DNA of 64,000 nt from Myxococcales bacterium. GTDB taxonomy: Bacteria > Myxococcota_A > UBA9042. Both the position numbers and the translations under genes were made by a program. The notes beneath the pieces were generated by a model. That model ran no database searches. It saw only the letters and a list, made by a program, of their open reading frames with translations, and had not been told where the DNA came from. The stretch spans positions 1 to 64,000 of the forward strand of contig JBBISH010000012.1 of the NCBI GenBank assembly GCA_037441385.1. The letters run 5' to 3'. Shown here piece by piece: positions 7,732 to 18,387 of this stretch (position 1 is its first letter; every line of letters begins with the position of its first letter).

Positions 7732-9204
7732 CTAGCGGTGCCGCCCCGCGCCCTTGTCGTCCGCTTTGCCGCCCTGCGCCGCCAGCCGCGTGCACTCGTC
7801 CACGGTGGCTACCGGGGCGTAGCCGGTCGACAAGACCAGGCTGCAATCGGCCAGGCATTTTGCGGTGTCGTGCGTACGGCCATTGCACGACTTCTGCCGC
7901 TCCAGGTCCGCCAGCAACGCCAGCGATTGCAGCGACTTTTGCGCATCCGCCCCGTAGACCGAGGTGGTGGGCACCTGCTTGTGCAGCGAAATCGCCGTCT
8001 TGAAGTCCTGCCGCTTGAAGGCGTCTTCGGCCTGGGCGATGTCCGCCCCGGCGCGCTCTTCCAGCGAGACTTTGTTGAGCGCCTCGTTGGGCTCGGTGGC
8101 CAAGACGTCGGTCTGGTGGGCTTTTTGGAACCAACTTTTGGCCTCGGACCATTGCCGGCGCAGCATCGCGTCGCGCCCGCGGGCCATGGCGTCTTGATAC
8201 TGGGCAGCATTGAGGGCCCGGGGATCGACCACCGCCTTGGCCTCGGCCTTTTCGGCCGGTTCGCTGTCGTCGGCCTTTCGCGCCGCCGCCCGACTGGGAC
8301 GATCGCCTGCCACGCGCTCTTCGTAGGCCTGCTTTTCGTCCAGACGCGGCGCGACAAAGCGGAAGAAGGCAAAGCCGACCAGCACCACCAGCGCCATCAA
8401 GGCCACCAGGATCACGGCAATCGCGGCGAGCTGCGGCAAGAAGCTGCGCTGGGCAGGCGCGTAGACCGGTTCGGGCGGATGCTCCATGGGCGCATAGGCC
8501 TGGTGCGCGCGCTGCCCGTACTGCGGCATCGACGTTTGGCGCACCGGCGCCGCGAGCATGGGCTCGGGGTCTTCGTCTAGGTCCGGCTCGGGCATCCCTT
8601 CGATCTGGAAAGAAAACGCCACCGTACCAAAGCGCACGCGGTCGCCGTGCATCAGTTCGGCATGATCGATGCGTCGGTCGTTGACGTAGGTGCCGTTGCT
8701 CGAACGCAGGTCCTCGACCGCGACCCGCCCAGACTCGTCTTGGGTGATCTTGGCGTGGATGCGCGACACAGAGACGTCTTGCAGCACCACCGCGCAGTCC
8801 TTGCCGCGCCCAATGAGCACGGTGGGGTGCGACAGCTCGGTCAACTCGCCGATACTGCCCGGCATTGGCACGAGCCGCGCATACACCGGCGTAGTCATCG
8901 GCCGCGAATAGGCCGCCCCCTCGATATGCAAGAAGAAATCGCCGATGCGCACCTGGGCAGAGCGCGGCAATTCGGTCACGGTGTGGATACGGCGACCGTT
9001 GACCCACACGCCGTTGGCGGCCTTCAGATCTTCTACGAAACAGCGGCCGTCTTGGGTAAAGACCCGGGCGTGGCGGCGCGAGACGTTGTCGGCGGCAAGT
9101 TGGATGTCGGCCTGCTGGCTGCGACCGATGATGAACTCACCGTCTTCAAAGGTGTACTCGCCGACCAGGGCGCCGTTCTTGTCCTCGATGATTAGCGTGA
9201 ACAA
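7732..9204 (-). CDS. Double FHA-domain membrane protein with C-terminal TPR-like helices
   Basis: Two GR...SR.HA...DL.S/A.NG FHA motifs, a TM helix, helical C-terminus. Confidence 0.88.
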   Translation of the reverse strand: MFTLIIEDKNGALVGEYTFEDGEFIIGRSQQADIQLAADNVSRRHARVFTQDGRCFVEDLKAANGVWVNGRRIHTVTELPRSAQVRIGDFFLHIEGAAYSRPMTTPVYARLVPMPGSIGELTELSHPTVLIGRGKDCAVVLQDVSVSRIHAKITQDESGRVAVEDLRSSNGTYVNDRRIDHAELMHGDRVRFGTVAFSFQIEGMPEPDLDEDPEPMLAAPVRQTSMPQYGQRAHQAYAPMEHPPEPVYAPAQRSFLPQLAAIAVILVALMALVVLVGFAFFRFVAPRLDEKQAYEERVAGDRPSRAAARKADDSEPAEKAEAKAVVDPRALNAAQYQDAMARGRDAMLRRQWSEAKSWFQKAHQTDVLATEPNEALNKVSLEERAGADIAQAEDAFKRQDFKTAISLHKQVPTTSVYGADAQKSLQSLALLADLERQKSCNGRTHDTAKCLADCSLVLSTGYAPVATVDECTRLAAQGGKADDKGAGRHR

Positions 9205-9277
9205 CGGCGCCCCCTGCTATGCCTGACCGCGGGTGCCTCGGTGCACCGCCGGCGGTCGAGTCCATCCGTGGCCGCGG

Positions 9278-11233
9278 TCAGCCACCGATGCCCGGAACCA
9301 CCTCGACCAACGCCGCGTCGCCTTTCTGGGCGCGCGTGACCTCGCAGATCTGCGACAACACATGGTTGCCGTTGACATCCTTGACGAAGACGGCCACGGC
9401 GTCAAGGCTGCGCAGCACGCGCGCCCGGGCCACACTGTCGGTCAGCCCCGGGTGCTCCAACTGCAGCGCGTGCATGGCGCGGTGCACAAAGTCGTCCGCG
9501 TCGCGGGCAATGAACACGCCCAGCCAAGTCGGCAGCGCATCCGCGGCCACCGCGAACACTTCGTGCAGTTGCAGACTCACCGCATCCCCGAACAGGACCG
9601 CGTCGGGCCGCAGCCGCAGCGCAACCTGCAGAGCCGTAACCCCGCCGTCGCCCAACAGCGCCGTGTCGATGCGCACCACCTGCTCGGAGGGCAACCGCAG
9701 GCGCTGGCCGTCTTCGAACACCGCAAGCCGCGCGCCGGCAGTGTACACCAGACCCAGCGCGTTCAGCACGGTGCGCTTGCCTACGCCGTGCGGCCCCACG
9801 ATGGCCACGCTGCGACGCTCGCCCACCAAGCGGGCCAAAACCTCGGCCGCGTGGGCAGAAACCGTGCCGCGCGCCACCAGCAATTCCAGCTCGGGGGCTT
9901 CGGCCCGGGGCTTGCGCAGCACTACCGCCGGGCCAAATGGGCAAGCCGGCGGCCAGACGACGTACACCGAGGTCCCATCGACCAGGGTGCCTTCCATCTG
10001 CGTGCCGCCGCGGGCGCTCTGTCCCGTCGCGCGCACCAACCGGTCCACGGCCAGGGCCAACGCGGCCTGACAGCTGAAACGTTCGCTGGCCCGCTCGCGG
10101 CGACCGTCGCGAACGACGTGCAACTGGTCGTGGCCATTGACCTCGATGGACTCGATGGTGGGGTCGTCGAGCATCGGCTCCAGCGGCCCAAACCCTGTGA
10201 GTTCGTAGATCAAATCGCGACAGACCTGGCGTGGATCGTCGCCAGCTGCCATCGCTCCAGCCGCCACGGCGCGGTCCACAAAGTTGGTGACGCGGTCTTC
10301 CAGCTCCGTCCAGTCGCTGTCCGACATCTGCGTCGTATCGGTGGGGAGCGACGGCCGCAACTCCTGCATGGCCTCGCGGAAAAGCCCCGCCAAGCGATCG
10401 TGGTAGCCCCCTTCGGCCGGAGCTGCCGGCGCCGCAGCGGACGCCGCGGGCGTGGGAACCGCCGCAGGCTGGTGGGCAGGCGCGATCGCCGGCTTGGGCT
10501 GCGAGGCCGGCCGCGACTCAGGCAAGGGCGCCACCGCCGGCGCCTGGTTTTGTGGCTTGGACGGGGCCTTGATCGCCCCCGCCAGGCCGGGGATCGCGGC
10601 CAGGGCCGAAGCCGCGGCCCCCAAGTCGCCGCCGGCCGCGTGCAGACCATCGCCGTGCAGACTCTCGAGCGGACCGGTCAGGCGGTCCAGGAAGTCGACA
10701 CCCAGGCCGCCCTCTGGCGGCGGTTGCTGTACCAATTCCGCTGGCATGTCCAAAGGTTCGATCGGCGGCAGCTCCGACGCCACCGGCTCAGCCGGCGTGG
10801 GGATGCTGGGGGGTGCCGACATGTGGAGCGTTGCCCGCATGTTGGCGCCTGCTTCGCCACTCGCTGCCAGATCGGGCAGATCGGGCACGGCGGGGAAATC
10901 CGGCACGGCCGGTGGCTCGGGCAGTCCTTGTCCGGCCACCGCGGACAAGTCCATGAACGTCATCACAAAATCACCAAGATAGACCTTGTCGTCTGGGCCA
11001 ATCTCAACCGCCGAGGTAATGCGATGCCCATTGACGTACGTGCCGTTGGTCGACCCAAGGTCTTCTACCGTGAAGCGCTTGCCCGCCGTCCGCACCATGG
11101 TGTGGCGCTTGCTGATGTTCTGCTTGGGCAAAATGACATCGTTGCCCTTGACGCGGCCAATCAGGACTTCGGGCTTGTCGAAGTGGAAGGTGTAGTCCTG
11201 GCCGCTCCGCTCGCGGATCGTGATGGCAAACAT
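9278..11233 (-). CDS. FHA domain fused to a degenerate CpaF/TadA-like secretion ATPase
   Basis: N-terminal FHA (IGR, SKRH, GSTNGT); GFGPLEPMLDDPTIESIEVNG, Walker A-like GPHGVGKRT, ALRLRPDAVLFGD. Confidence 0.8.
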   Translation of the reverse strand: MFAITIRERSGQDYTFHFDKPEVLIGRVKGNDVILPKQNISKRHTMVRTAGKRFTVEDLGSTNGTYVNGHRITSAVEIGPDDKVYLGDFVMTFMDLSAVAGQGLPEPPAVPDFPAVPDLPDLAASGEAGANMRATLHMSAPPSIPTPAEPVASELPPIEPLDMPAELVQQPPPEGGLGVDFLDRLTGPLESLHGDGLHAAGGDLGAAASALAAIPGLAGAIKAPSKPQNQAPAVAPLPESRPASQPKPAIAPAHQPAAVPTPAASAAAPAAPAEGGYHDRLAGLFREAMQELRPSLPTDTTQMSDSDWTELEDRVTNFVDRAVAAGAMAAGDDPRQVCRDLIYELTGFGPLEPMLDDPTIESIEVNGHDQLHVVRDGRRERASERFSCQAALALAVDRLVRATGQSARGGTQMEGTLVDGTSVYVVWPPACPFGPAVVLRKPRAEAPELELLVARGTVSAHAAEVLARLVGERRSVAIVGPHGVGKRTVLNALGLVYTAGARLAVFEDGQRLRLPSEQVVRIDTALLGDGGVTALQVALRLRPDAVLFGDAVSLQLHEVFAVAADALPTWLGVFIARDADDFVHRAMHALQLEHPGLTDSVARARVLRSLDAVAVFVKDVNGNHVLSQICEVTRAQKGDAALVEVVPGIGG

Positions 11234-11381
11234 GCAAAATCCCCACTTCTGCGCAGCCCTGCAGTCATTGGCTCAGTGGCCTGGAACACCGCGCTCAACC
11301 TCGTATCGTGGTCAAGTAGGGCAAGAACGTCAATAGACTGGCCCACGCCCCGCGCAATCGCCGCGGCTGCGCCAAGGGCAG

Positions 11382-12032
11382 CTACATGCTGTATGCCGCA
11401 ACTAGCTGTTTGGGCTCGGCCGTCCAAGACCGCAACACCGCCACGCCAGCCGCTCCCGCCTGCAGCGCGGGCGTGACCTGCGCTGATCCCAGACCGCCCA
11501 GGGCCACCACTCGGCCCGGAAAGCGGCGGGCAATGTCGGCAAAAAGGCTCCAACCCAGGCCCACATGACCGGGCTTGGACGGCGTGGGCAACACGGGCGA
11601 CAGCGTCACCCAAGCTGCCCCGGCGGCCAAAGCCGCAGCGACGCCGGCTTGGTCGTGGCAACTTCGGGCGACCGCAAGCCCGCCCGTGGGCCAGCGCTGG
11701 GCCTGGGCCTCGCTAACCTGCAGCCACGTGATCGGCAACGGCAGGTTGGCGGGTGGCGGCACGGCTTCGCTGAGCGAGGGCGCGGAAATTCCGATTCGTA
11801 CACCGGATTGCCCCAGCCAGCCCAGCCGCTGCAGGGACTCGTCCCACCACGGCCAGCCGCGGTCATGGGCCCGCAACCACAGCCCGCAGTCGGCGGCCGA
11901 CAAGTGGGGACTGCGATGCAGCTCGGCAAGAAACCGTCCAAAATGGAAAGAGAACTCCACACCAGCCAACGGATCGGCAAACTGCGGCTCGTCCGCCACC
12001 AGCACCAGGCGCGGCGCTGGGAGGTCGCTCAT
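11382..12032 (-). CDS. thiE: Thiamine-phosphate synthase / TenI family protein
   Basis: [27 protein letters not shown]; coupled to thiG; divergent N-terminus, so TenI is possible. Confidence 0.7.
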   Translation of the reverse strand: MSDLPAPRLVLVADEPQFADPLAGVEFSFHFGRFLAELHRSPHLSAADCGLWLRAHDRGWPWWDESLQRLGWLGQSGVRIGISAPSLSEAVPPPANLPLPITWLQVSEAQAQRWPTGGLAVARSCHDQAGVAAALAAGAAWVTLSPVLPTPSKPGHVGLGWSLFADIARRFPGRVVALGGLGSAQVTPALQAGAAGVAVLRSWTAEPKQLVAAYSM

Positions 12033-12817
12033 CCCAAGAGACCGGTCAGTGGGCTGGACGCCGACGCGTACAGCTTCTTGGCGATCCGACCTGCCAAGTA
12101 GGCCTCGCGACCGGCCTGGACGCCCAGCTTCATCGCCCGCGCCATCCGCACCGGGTCGCGCGCGCCAGCGATCGCGGTGTTCATCAGCACGGCCGTGCAG
12201 CCCAGCTCCAGCGCCAACGCCGCATCACTGGCCGTGCCCACGCCGGCATCGACCAGCACGGGCACCGTCGCCTGCTCCAGGATGATGCTCAGGTTGTGCG
12301 GATTGCGGATGCCCAAGCCCGAGCCGATCGGCGCCCCCAGCGGCATCACCGCCGCGCAGCCCAGATCCTGCAAGTGCCTGCAAAGCACCGGGTCGTCCGT
12401 GACATACGGCAGCACGACAAAGCCCTCTTGCACCAGGATTTTCGCCGCGTCCAGCGTGGCTTGGTTGTCTGGGAAGAGCGTCTTGGGGTCGCCGATCACT
12501 TCGAGCTTGATCAGATCACCCATCCCGGCTTCGCGGGCCAAGCGGGCGTAGCGGATCGCGTCCTCGGCCGTGAAGCAGCCCGCGGTGTTGGGCAACAGCG
12601 TGTGCCGCTTGCGGTCCAGCGCGTCCAGCACGGTCTCTTTCGCGGAAAAATCGATGCGGCGCACGGCCACGGTCACGATCTCGGCGCCCGACTCGTCGAT
12701 CGCTTGGCGCGCCACCTGGTTGTCTGCGTACTTGCCCGTGCCCACCAGTAGGCGCGAGTGGAACGTCCGCCCGGCCAGGGTCCAGCTGTCCGCCGAGGTG
12801 GTCATTTGTGTGCTCAT
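12029..12817 (-). CDS. thiG: Thiazole synthase
   Basis: [47 protein letters not shown]. Confidence 0.97.
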   Translation of the reverse strand: MSTQMTTSADSWTLAGRTFHSRLLVGTGKYADNQVARQAIDESGAEIVTVAVRRIDFSAKETVLDALDRKRHTLLPNTAGCFTAEDAIRYARLAREAGMGDLIKLEVIGDPKTLFPDNQATLDAAKILVQEGFVVLPYVTDDPVLCRHLQDLGCAAVMPLGAPIGSGLGIRNPHNLSIILEQATVPVLVDAGVGTASDAALALELGCTAVLMNTAIAGARDPVRMARAMKLGVQAGREAYLAGRIAKKLYASASSPLTGLLG

Positions 12818-12831
12818 TGCGGCTCCCATCG

Positions 12832-13053
12832 TCAGCCACCGCCGACAAAAGTAACGATTTCGATGTGATCGCCCTCCAAGATGGGCGTGTTCGCGTGGTC
12901 GGCCCGACGCACCACCTGGCGATTGCGCTCGACCGCCACGCCAAAGGCCGGCGTCTTCAGGCGTTGCAGCAGGTCGGCCACCGTCTGCCCGGCAGGCTCG
13001 TCGCTGGGTTCACCGTTGAGGACGATGCGGATGGTGGCGGTGGGTTGCGTCAT
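12832..13053 (-). CDS. thiS: Sulfur carrier protein ThiS
   Basis: LNGE...VAVERN...[10 protein letters not shown]-terminus; ATGA overlap with upstream gene. Confidence 0.95.
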   Translation of the reverse strand: MTQPTATIRIVLNGEPSDEPAGQTVADLLQRLKTPAFGVAVERNRQVVRRADHANTPILEGDHIEIVTFVGGG

Positions 13054-14813
13054 GGCAGGCTCGGTGCGGAAGGTTCGTTCGCGACAGCGGCATGGCCCGC
13101 CGCGCTGCGGCGCCCCGCCAGACCAAGCAACAGCCCGATCAGCGGCCAGACCACCACGGCGATCTGGGTATACGCAAAGAAGAAATCGACCGTGCTGTGG
13201 ACGATGAGGCCGCACAGGCCGGCGGCGATGGCCAGCGCGGCGCCGCGATCAGACCCCCATCGCTGCCGGAATGCAAGCCGCACGGACCGGCCGACCGTCA
13301 GCAGCAAGAAGGCGAGCACCGCCACGCCCAGCAGTCCCAGGTCCACGGCGGTCTCCAGCACGATCGAGTGGGCCCGAGCGCGCGGATCGTACCCCTGCGC
13401 GGGCACGTACTCGCGGTGAATCAAGGCAAATCGGTCCGAACCCCAGCCCAGCCAGGGTTTTCGCTCCCACAGCAGCACGGCCGCGCGCCAGTAGTGTCGC
13501 CGCTCTAGGTCCAGGCCCCGCCAGGCGCGCACAGCATCAAACCGGCTGATATCCAAAGGCTGATCGGCGGGCGGCGGCAGCGGCTGATCGCCCGGAACCA
13601 CGGTGCAGCTCAGCAGCGCGAGCGGCGCGCCCACCCCCGAGATACGGAGCACGCGATCGCGCAAGATATCGGCCGCCACCACGTAATCGCCTGGTCTGGA
13701 AGGCAGATCTAGCGGCACGGCCACCGTGACCGTCGCGCCGGCAGGCAAAGCCGGCATCGCCGTGTAGTCCCAGGCGTCGAGCAGTTGGTGCCCCGTCCGG
13801 GTGAGCCAAGTGTGCACGACATGCGCCGGCGCTTGGCGGTTCGCCAGATCCCAAGTGCCACGATTGCGAATCTCTAGCGGCACTTGCAACCGGTCGCCGG
13901 GGTGGCCCACACAGCCTTGCAGCCAGCGGTACTGCGGCCGGTACGACCGCTCGTCCAGGCCGATGCGCGCCCGCATGTCGGGATTGGCCGCGTAGGCGCC
14001 CAACACCAACAGCGCGTAACCCACGGCGATGGCTCGCCAAAGCCCAGGCTGCTCCTGCCAGCGCGCCGCCCAGGCCAGGGTCAGCGCACCCGCCATGCCA
14101 GCGAGCAGCCCGGCGCGCGAGTACGTGAGCGAGAGCAAGACCGCCACGACCGCGGCCCACAGCAAAAACCCCACACGCGTCCAACGCTTTTGAGCAGGCG
14201 CTGCGGCCGCCACCAGCAGCAGCGGCGTCGTGATCTCCAGATAAGCCGCGCAGGTATTGGCGTGGTAGAACACGGTCGACAGGCGCTGCTCGCCCAGCAT
14301 CCAGGTCGGCTCGTCGCGGAACTGCACGAGCAGGAACTCCGCGCCGCGGCCCAGGAACCGCTCGATCACGCCCAGCAACGTGATGATCGCCAGGCCCGCC
14401 AGCGCCCCCGCCAGCGCCCGCTGCCGGAACCGGTCGTGGCGCGCCCAAAAGGCCGCCAGCGCTGCCAAAGTGACTTGTCCGGCAATACGCAACGCGGCTT
14501 TGGCGACATGGCCGCGATCGCCGCTCGCCCACAGCGCGCTCGCCATGTGCACAGCGGCCCAGGCCGCCAGGGCCAGCAAGGGCCACTTGAGCTCGCGCAG
14601 CGCCGGCCGCAGCGGGTGCTGACGGGCGTGATCCACGGTGGCCAGCAGACCCAACGCCGCCGCCAGCGCCGCCAGCAGTTCCGTCGTGGTCAGGTGCAAC
14701 GGCCCCAAGGGCACGCTGTCGCGCAATTCCAGCGGCCCCAAAGCCAGCAACGCCGCAAGAGCCAAGCCAAAAACGGCAGGCAGGTCTCGCCGAGCGGGTG
14801 CGTCGCCGGGCAT
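13050..14813 (-). CDS. O-antigen ligase / Wzy_C family membrane protein with inserted beta-rich domain
   Basis: Multi-TM; TYSRAG, R..YW..A, PWLGWG, AHSIVLE motifs. Confidence 0.85.
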   Translation of the reverse strand: MPGDAPARRDLPAVFGLALAALLALGPLELRDSVPLGPLHLTTTELLAALAAALGLLATVDHARQHPLRPALRELKWPLLALAAWAAVHMASALWASGDRGHVAKAALRIAGQVTLAALAAFWARHDRFRQRALAGALAGLAIITLLGVIERFLGRGAEFLLVQFRDEPTWMLGEQRLSTVFYHANTCAAYLEITTPLLLVAAAAPAQKRWTRVGFLLWAAVVAVLLSLTYSRAGLLAGMAGALTLAWAARWQEQPGLWRAIAVGYALLVLGAYAANPDMRARIGLDERSYRPQYRWLQGCVGHPGDRLQVPLEIRNRGTWDLANRQAPAHVVHTWLTRTGHQLLDAWDYTAMPALPAGATVTVAVPLDLPSRPGDYVVAADILRDRVLRISGVGAPLALLSCTVVPGDQPLPPPADQPLDISRFDAVRAWRGLDLERRHYWRAAVLLWERKPWLGWGSDRFALIHREYVPAQGYDPRARAHSIVLETAVDLGLLGVAVLAFLLLTVGRSVRLAFRQRWGSDRGAALAIAAGLCGLIVHSTVDFFFAYTQIAVVVWPLIGLLLGLAGRRSAAGHAAVANEPSAPSLP

Positions 14814-14819
14814 GATTCG

Positions 14820-16178
14820 CTACCCCGCCGCCACCGACCGGCCGTCGGCATTCAACTGGGCTTCGTGTTGGGCGCGCACGCGCAGCCCCAGCTCGCGGTG
14901 GACCAGCGGCAGCACAAAGGCGAGCAGCACCACCTCGGTCACCGCCGTCGCGAGCGCCGCACCCACCCCGCCCAGCGCCGGGATCAGCGCCAAGTTGGCC
15001 ACGACATTGACAGCGATCAGCGCGACGGCAAAGGCCATTTGCGCCTTCACCAGCCCCATCGCCACCAGCATGTGCGTCTCCAAGTAGTTGACAAACGTCA
15101 ACACGACCGACGGCGCCAGCGCGCGCAGGGTCGCCGCCGCCGGGGCATACTCGCGGCCGTTCAAGATGGCGATGAGCAGGTCTGGCACCGCCAGGAGCAC
15201 CAATGCGCCCGACAGACCGGCCAATAGCAGCACCTTGCGCGTGGTGCGGTGCAGACGGCTCGCCGCGGCTGGATCGCTGTCCACCGTCGAAGACAGCGCC
15301 GGGAAAGTCGCCGCCAACAGCACCGCCGGAACGATGCTCATGTTTTCAAGGATCTTGTAGGCCGCGTTGTAGAGCCCCACATCCACGTCGCCGCGCAGCA
15401 TCCGCAGCATCGGCACATCGATCTTGAAGTAGATCAGGCTGGCCACGATCGCAAAGCCAAGCGGCAGCACTTCGCGGGTAAAGCGCTGCAGCATCGGCAT
15501 CGAAAAGCCGAATTGCGGCGTCACCACCCGCATCAGCAGCATCACCGAGTAGCCCAGCGCCACCAGCGACGCCGCCAGCATGGCCACGGCGATCGCCACC
15601 ATGACCAGTCCCTTGTCGTGCGCCACCGCCGGCATGGTCGGCACCAGCGCCAGCGCCACCGACACGCACGCCAGCTGCGCCCCCGCAAACACAGCCGACG
15701 AGCGCGCCTCGTACTTCAGCTGCTGAACCCCGCGAAACACCTGCCAGATTGACTCGATGGTCGAGACGGCGAGCCCCGCCAGGCCGGCCAGCGCCACCGT
15801 CCAACCCAACGGCCCCGGCCGCGGGTGGAACAGCGCGGTCGACTTGAACTCGGGGTCGGCAAAGTGCCACCAGGTCAGGCCGCCGATGACCAGCAAGTAC
15901 AGAAGCGCCAAAACCATTTTCAGCGAAAACACGTGGCCGATCAGCTTGGCCGGCGGCACGTCGTGCTTGGACACTTCGCGGGCCAGGAACAGGCCCAGGC
16001 CCATGTCCGTCATCTGCACCCACAGCAGGGCCAGGGCAGTCGCGTAGGTGTATTGGCCGTAGATGCGCGGACCCAAGGCGCGCGAAATCAGGGCAACCAA
16101 GAAGAAGCGCAGCGACTTCTCGGCCAGCGTGCCCAGGGTCTTCCAGCCAATGTTCCTTGCGATTTTACTGGTGAGCAC
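14820..16178 (-). CDS. wzx: Polysaccharide flippase (Wzx family)
   Basis: Many TM helices, ISRALGP..YG.Y, IYFKIDVPML, VGLYNAAYKI. Confidence 0.88.
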   Translation of the reverse strand: MLTSKIARNIGWKTLGTLAEKSLRFFLVALISRALGPRIYGQYTYATALALLWVQMTDMGLGLFLAREVSKHDVPPAKLIGHVFSLKMVLALLYLLVIGGLTWWHFADPEFKSTALFHPRPGPLGWTVALAGLAGLAVSTIESIWQVFRGVQQLKYEARSSAVFAGAQLACVSVALALVPTMPAVAHDKGLVMVAIAVAMLAASLVALGYSVMLLMRVVTPQFGFSMPMLQRFTREVLPLGFAIVASLIYFKIDVPMLRMLRGDVDVGLYNAAYKILENMSIVPAVLLAATFPALSSTVDSDPAAASRLHRTTRKVLLLAGLSGALVLLAVPDLLIAILNGREYAPAAATLRALAPSVVLTFVNYLETHMLVAMGLVKAQMAFAVALIAVNVVANLALIPALGGVGAALATAVTEVVLLAFVLPLVHRELGLRVRAQHEAQLNADGRSVAAG

Positions 16179-16187
16179 CGGGTTTGC

Positions 16188-16973
16188 CTACTCGCCTGCG
16201 ATCACAGCGCCAAAGGTCTGCAGCAGGATGCGGGCGTCCAGGGCCAGCGAAAAATTGCGCACGTACCACACGTCGTACAGCGTGCGGTCGGCGATCGACA
16301 CGTTGCCGCGCAGGCCGTTGACTTGCGCCCAGCCCGACAGCCCGGGCTGCACCGTATGCCGCAGATCGTAGTCCGGGAATTGCTGGCGGAACTTCGCGAC
16401 GAACACCGGCCGCTCGGGGCGCGGACCGATGAGGCTCATGTCGCCGACCAGGATGTTCCACAGCTGCGGCAGCTCGTCGACCGAGGTGCGGCGTAGCACG
16501 CCGCCCACGCGGGTCACGCGGCTGTCGAACGAGCGCGCCCAGCGCGGCCCGTCCTTTTCGGCATCCACGGTCATCGAGCGAAACTTGAGGCAGGCAAATG
16601 ACTTACCGTTCTTGCCCACGCGCTCCTGGCGATACAGCACCGGCCCAGGCGAGTCGAGCTTGACGGCGACCGCCACGGCGGCCAGAAGGGGCGCCCCCAC
16701 CGCCAGCGCGGTGCCCGAGGCGGCGACGTCGATCGCGCGTTTGATCAAGAACTGCAAGGGCTTGTGCGGCGGGTGTTCCGCCGGCATGGCAAACACCGGC
16801 CCCTGCGGCTCGGCGGCCTGCGCCACCTGCTTGGACGGGCCGGCCTTGTCGTGCAAGTCGGGCGCAAACGCCGGATCCAGCGCCTGCGACGGCTCCACGA
16901 CCCGCAGCGGTCGGGACGCGGTGTGCGCCGCGGCAGAGGGCATCGAAGCAGGCGTATTTGTGGCGCTTTCCAT
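16188..16973 (-). CDS. Initiating sugar transferase (Bac_transf domain)
   Basis: IKRAID, KFRSM, DELPQLWN, GDMSLIGPRPE, PGLSGWAQVNG. Confidence 0.95.
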   Translation of the reverse strand: MESATNTPASMPSAAAHTASRPLRVVEPSQALDPAFAPDLHDKAGPSKQVAQAAEPQGPVFAMPAEHPPHKPLQFLIKRAIDVAASGTALAVGAPLLAAVAVAVKLDSPGPVLYRQERVGKNGKSFACLKFRSMTVDAEKDGPRWARSFDSRVTRVGGVLRRTSVDELPQLWNILVGDMSLIGPRPERPVFVAKFRQQFPDYDLRHTVQPGLSGWAQVNGLRGNVSIADRTLYDVWYVRNFSLALDARILLQTFGAVIAGE

Positions 16974-16992
16974 CTCGCTCCTGGGTCACCGG

Positions 16993-18159
16993 CTAGCCAA
17001 CGGGGCGCCGTTGCTGCAAGGCCAATTCGACACAGTCTGCCATTTCTCGCAAGAAAACGCTGCGGTCGAAGCGGCGAGCCTGCGCACGGCACGCGTCGGG
17101 CCCGATCGCCAGCGCATCCAGCTCGCGAGCCGCTTGGGCCAACGCTTGCGGGGTCGGATCGTCAAAGAACAGCCCGGTTTTGCCGCCAACCACCGTCTCT
17201 AGCGCCCCGCCGCGGCCAAAAGCCAGCACCGGCACGCCAGCGGCCTGGGCCTCGACCGGCACGATACCGGCGTCTTCCTCGCCCGGAAAAACCAGCATCC
17301 GCGCACGGGCATACCACCCCGCCAGCTCTTCTTCGGCCACCCGCCCGACAAAACGCACGTTGGTGCCGGCCATTTGCTGCAGCCGCGGCCGCTCGGGCCC
17401 GTCGCCCACGATCACCAACTGCCGCTCGGGCATCAAAGCCCAGGCGCGCACGGCCAAATCGACGCGCTTGTAGGGCACCATACCGCCCAGCACCAAGTCG
17501 TAGTCGCCGCCGGGCTCGGTCCGTGGCACGGCCTCGAACTGCGCACACTCGGTCGGCGGAGCCACCACGTGGGCATCGCGATGATAGAAGTCTTTGATCT
17601 TGTTCGCGGTATTCTGGCTATTGGCGACAAAGGCGTCGACGCGGCCCACGGTGCGCGCGTCCCAATTGCGAAGCCAGGTCGCCGCCAGCCCGATCGCCGG
17701 CCGCGCCAGCTTGAGCACCGGCGAACTTCCAGAGAGATAATCGTCCGTTCGGTCCCATGCGTAGCGGACGGGCGTGTGACAGTAGCACACATGCACCGCC
17801 CCCGGCCGAACGATCGCGCCCTTGGCCACGCAGTGGCTAGACGACACGACCAGATCGAAGGCCGTCAGATCCAGCCTTTCGATCGCCAGTGGATAGATCG
17901 GCAGCAGCCAGCGGTGGCGCTTGCTCGCGCCTGGGACGCGGTCCGCCACCGAGGTGACGTGGCGCATCGCCTCGATCCGCGGCGAGGCGATCCCAGGCGC
18001 CCGCACCAGCGTATGCACCGTAGCTCGCGGAAACAACTCGCAAAGCGCGTCGAGCACCCGCTCGCCACCGCGGGCCGTCACCAGCCAATCGTGCACCAGA
18101 GCGACCCGCGCGGGCGCGATCTGGGCCAAGGCAGGGTAGTTGCGCTGCGGCTCGAACAT
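16993..18159 (-). CDS. Glycosyltransferase family 4
   Basis: VHDWL..GGERV, YCHTPVRYAWD, EDAGIVPVEAQAAG. Confidence 0.92.
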   Translation of the reverse strand: MFEPQRNYPALAQIAPARVALVHDWLVTARGGERVLDALCELFPRATVHTLVRAPGIASPRIEAMRHVTSVADRVPGASKRHRWLLPIYPLAIERLDLTAFDLVVSSSHCVAKGAIVRPGAVHVCYCHTPVRYAWDRTDDYLSGSSPVLKLARPAIGLAATWLRNWDARTVGRVDAFVANSQNTANKIKDFYHRDAHVVAPPTECAQFEAVPRTEPGGDYDLVLGGMVPYKRVDLAVRAWALMPERQLVIVGDGPERPRLQQMAGTNVRFVGRVAEEELAGWYARARMLVFPGEEDAGIVPVEAQAAGVPVLAFGRGGALETVVGGKTGLFFDDPTPQALAQAARELDALAIGPDACRAQARRFDRSVFLREMADCVELALQQRRPVG

Positions 18160-18387
18160 GGCAGGGCGACTCGCGAGCCCGCTCTGGCGGGCCAAGGAGC
18201 GGAATAGTTTAGAGGTTGACCGCCAGATTGTCGACAGCGCGGCGCGCCCGAAACCCACCGGGCCACCAATGCGCCAACCGGGGCAGGCGCTTGCCAGTAG
18301 GCGGCAAGGTTTGGCAAGGTTCCGCCGCAGTCGCCCGTGGCGGCCGGACTTTGCATGGCCCTTGGCTCGCCCACACCGCCCGCTTGG

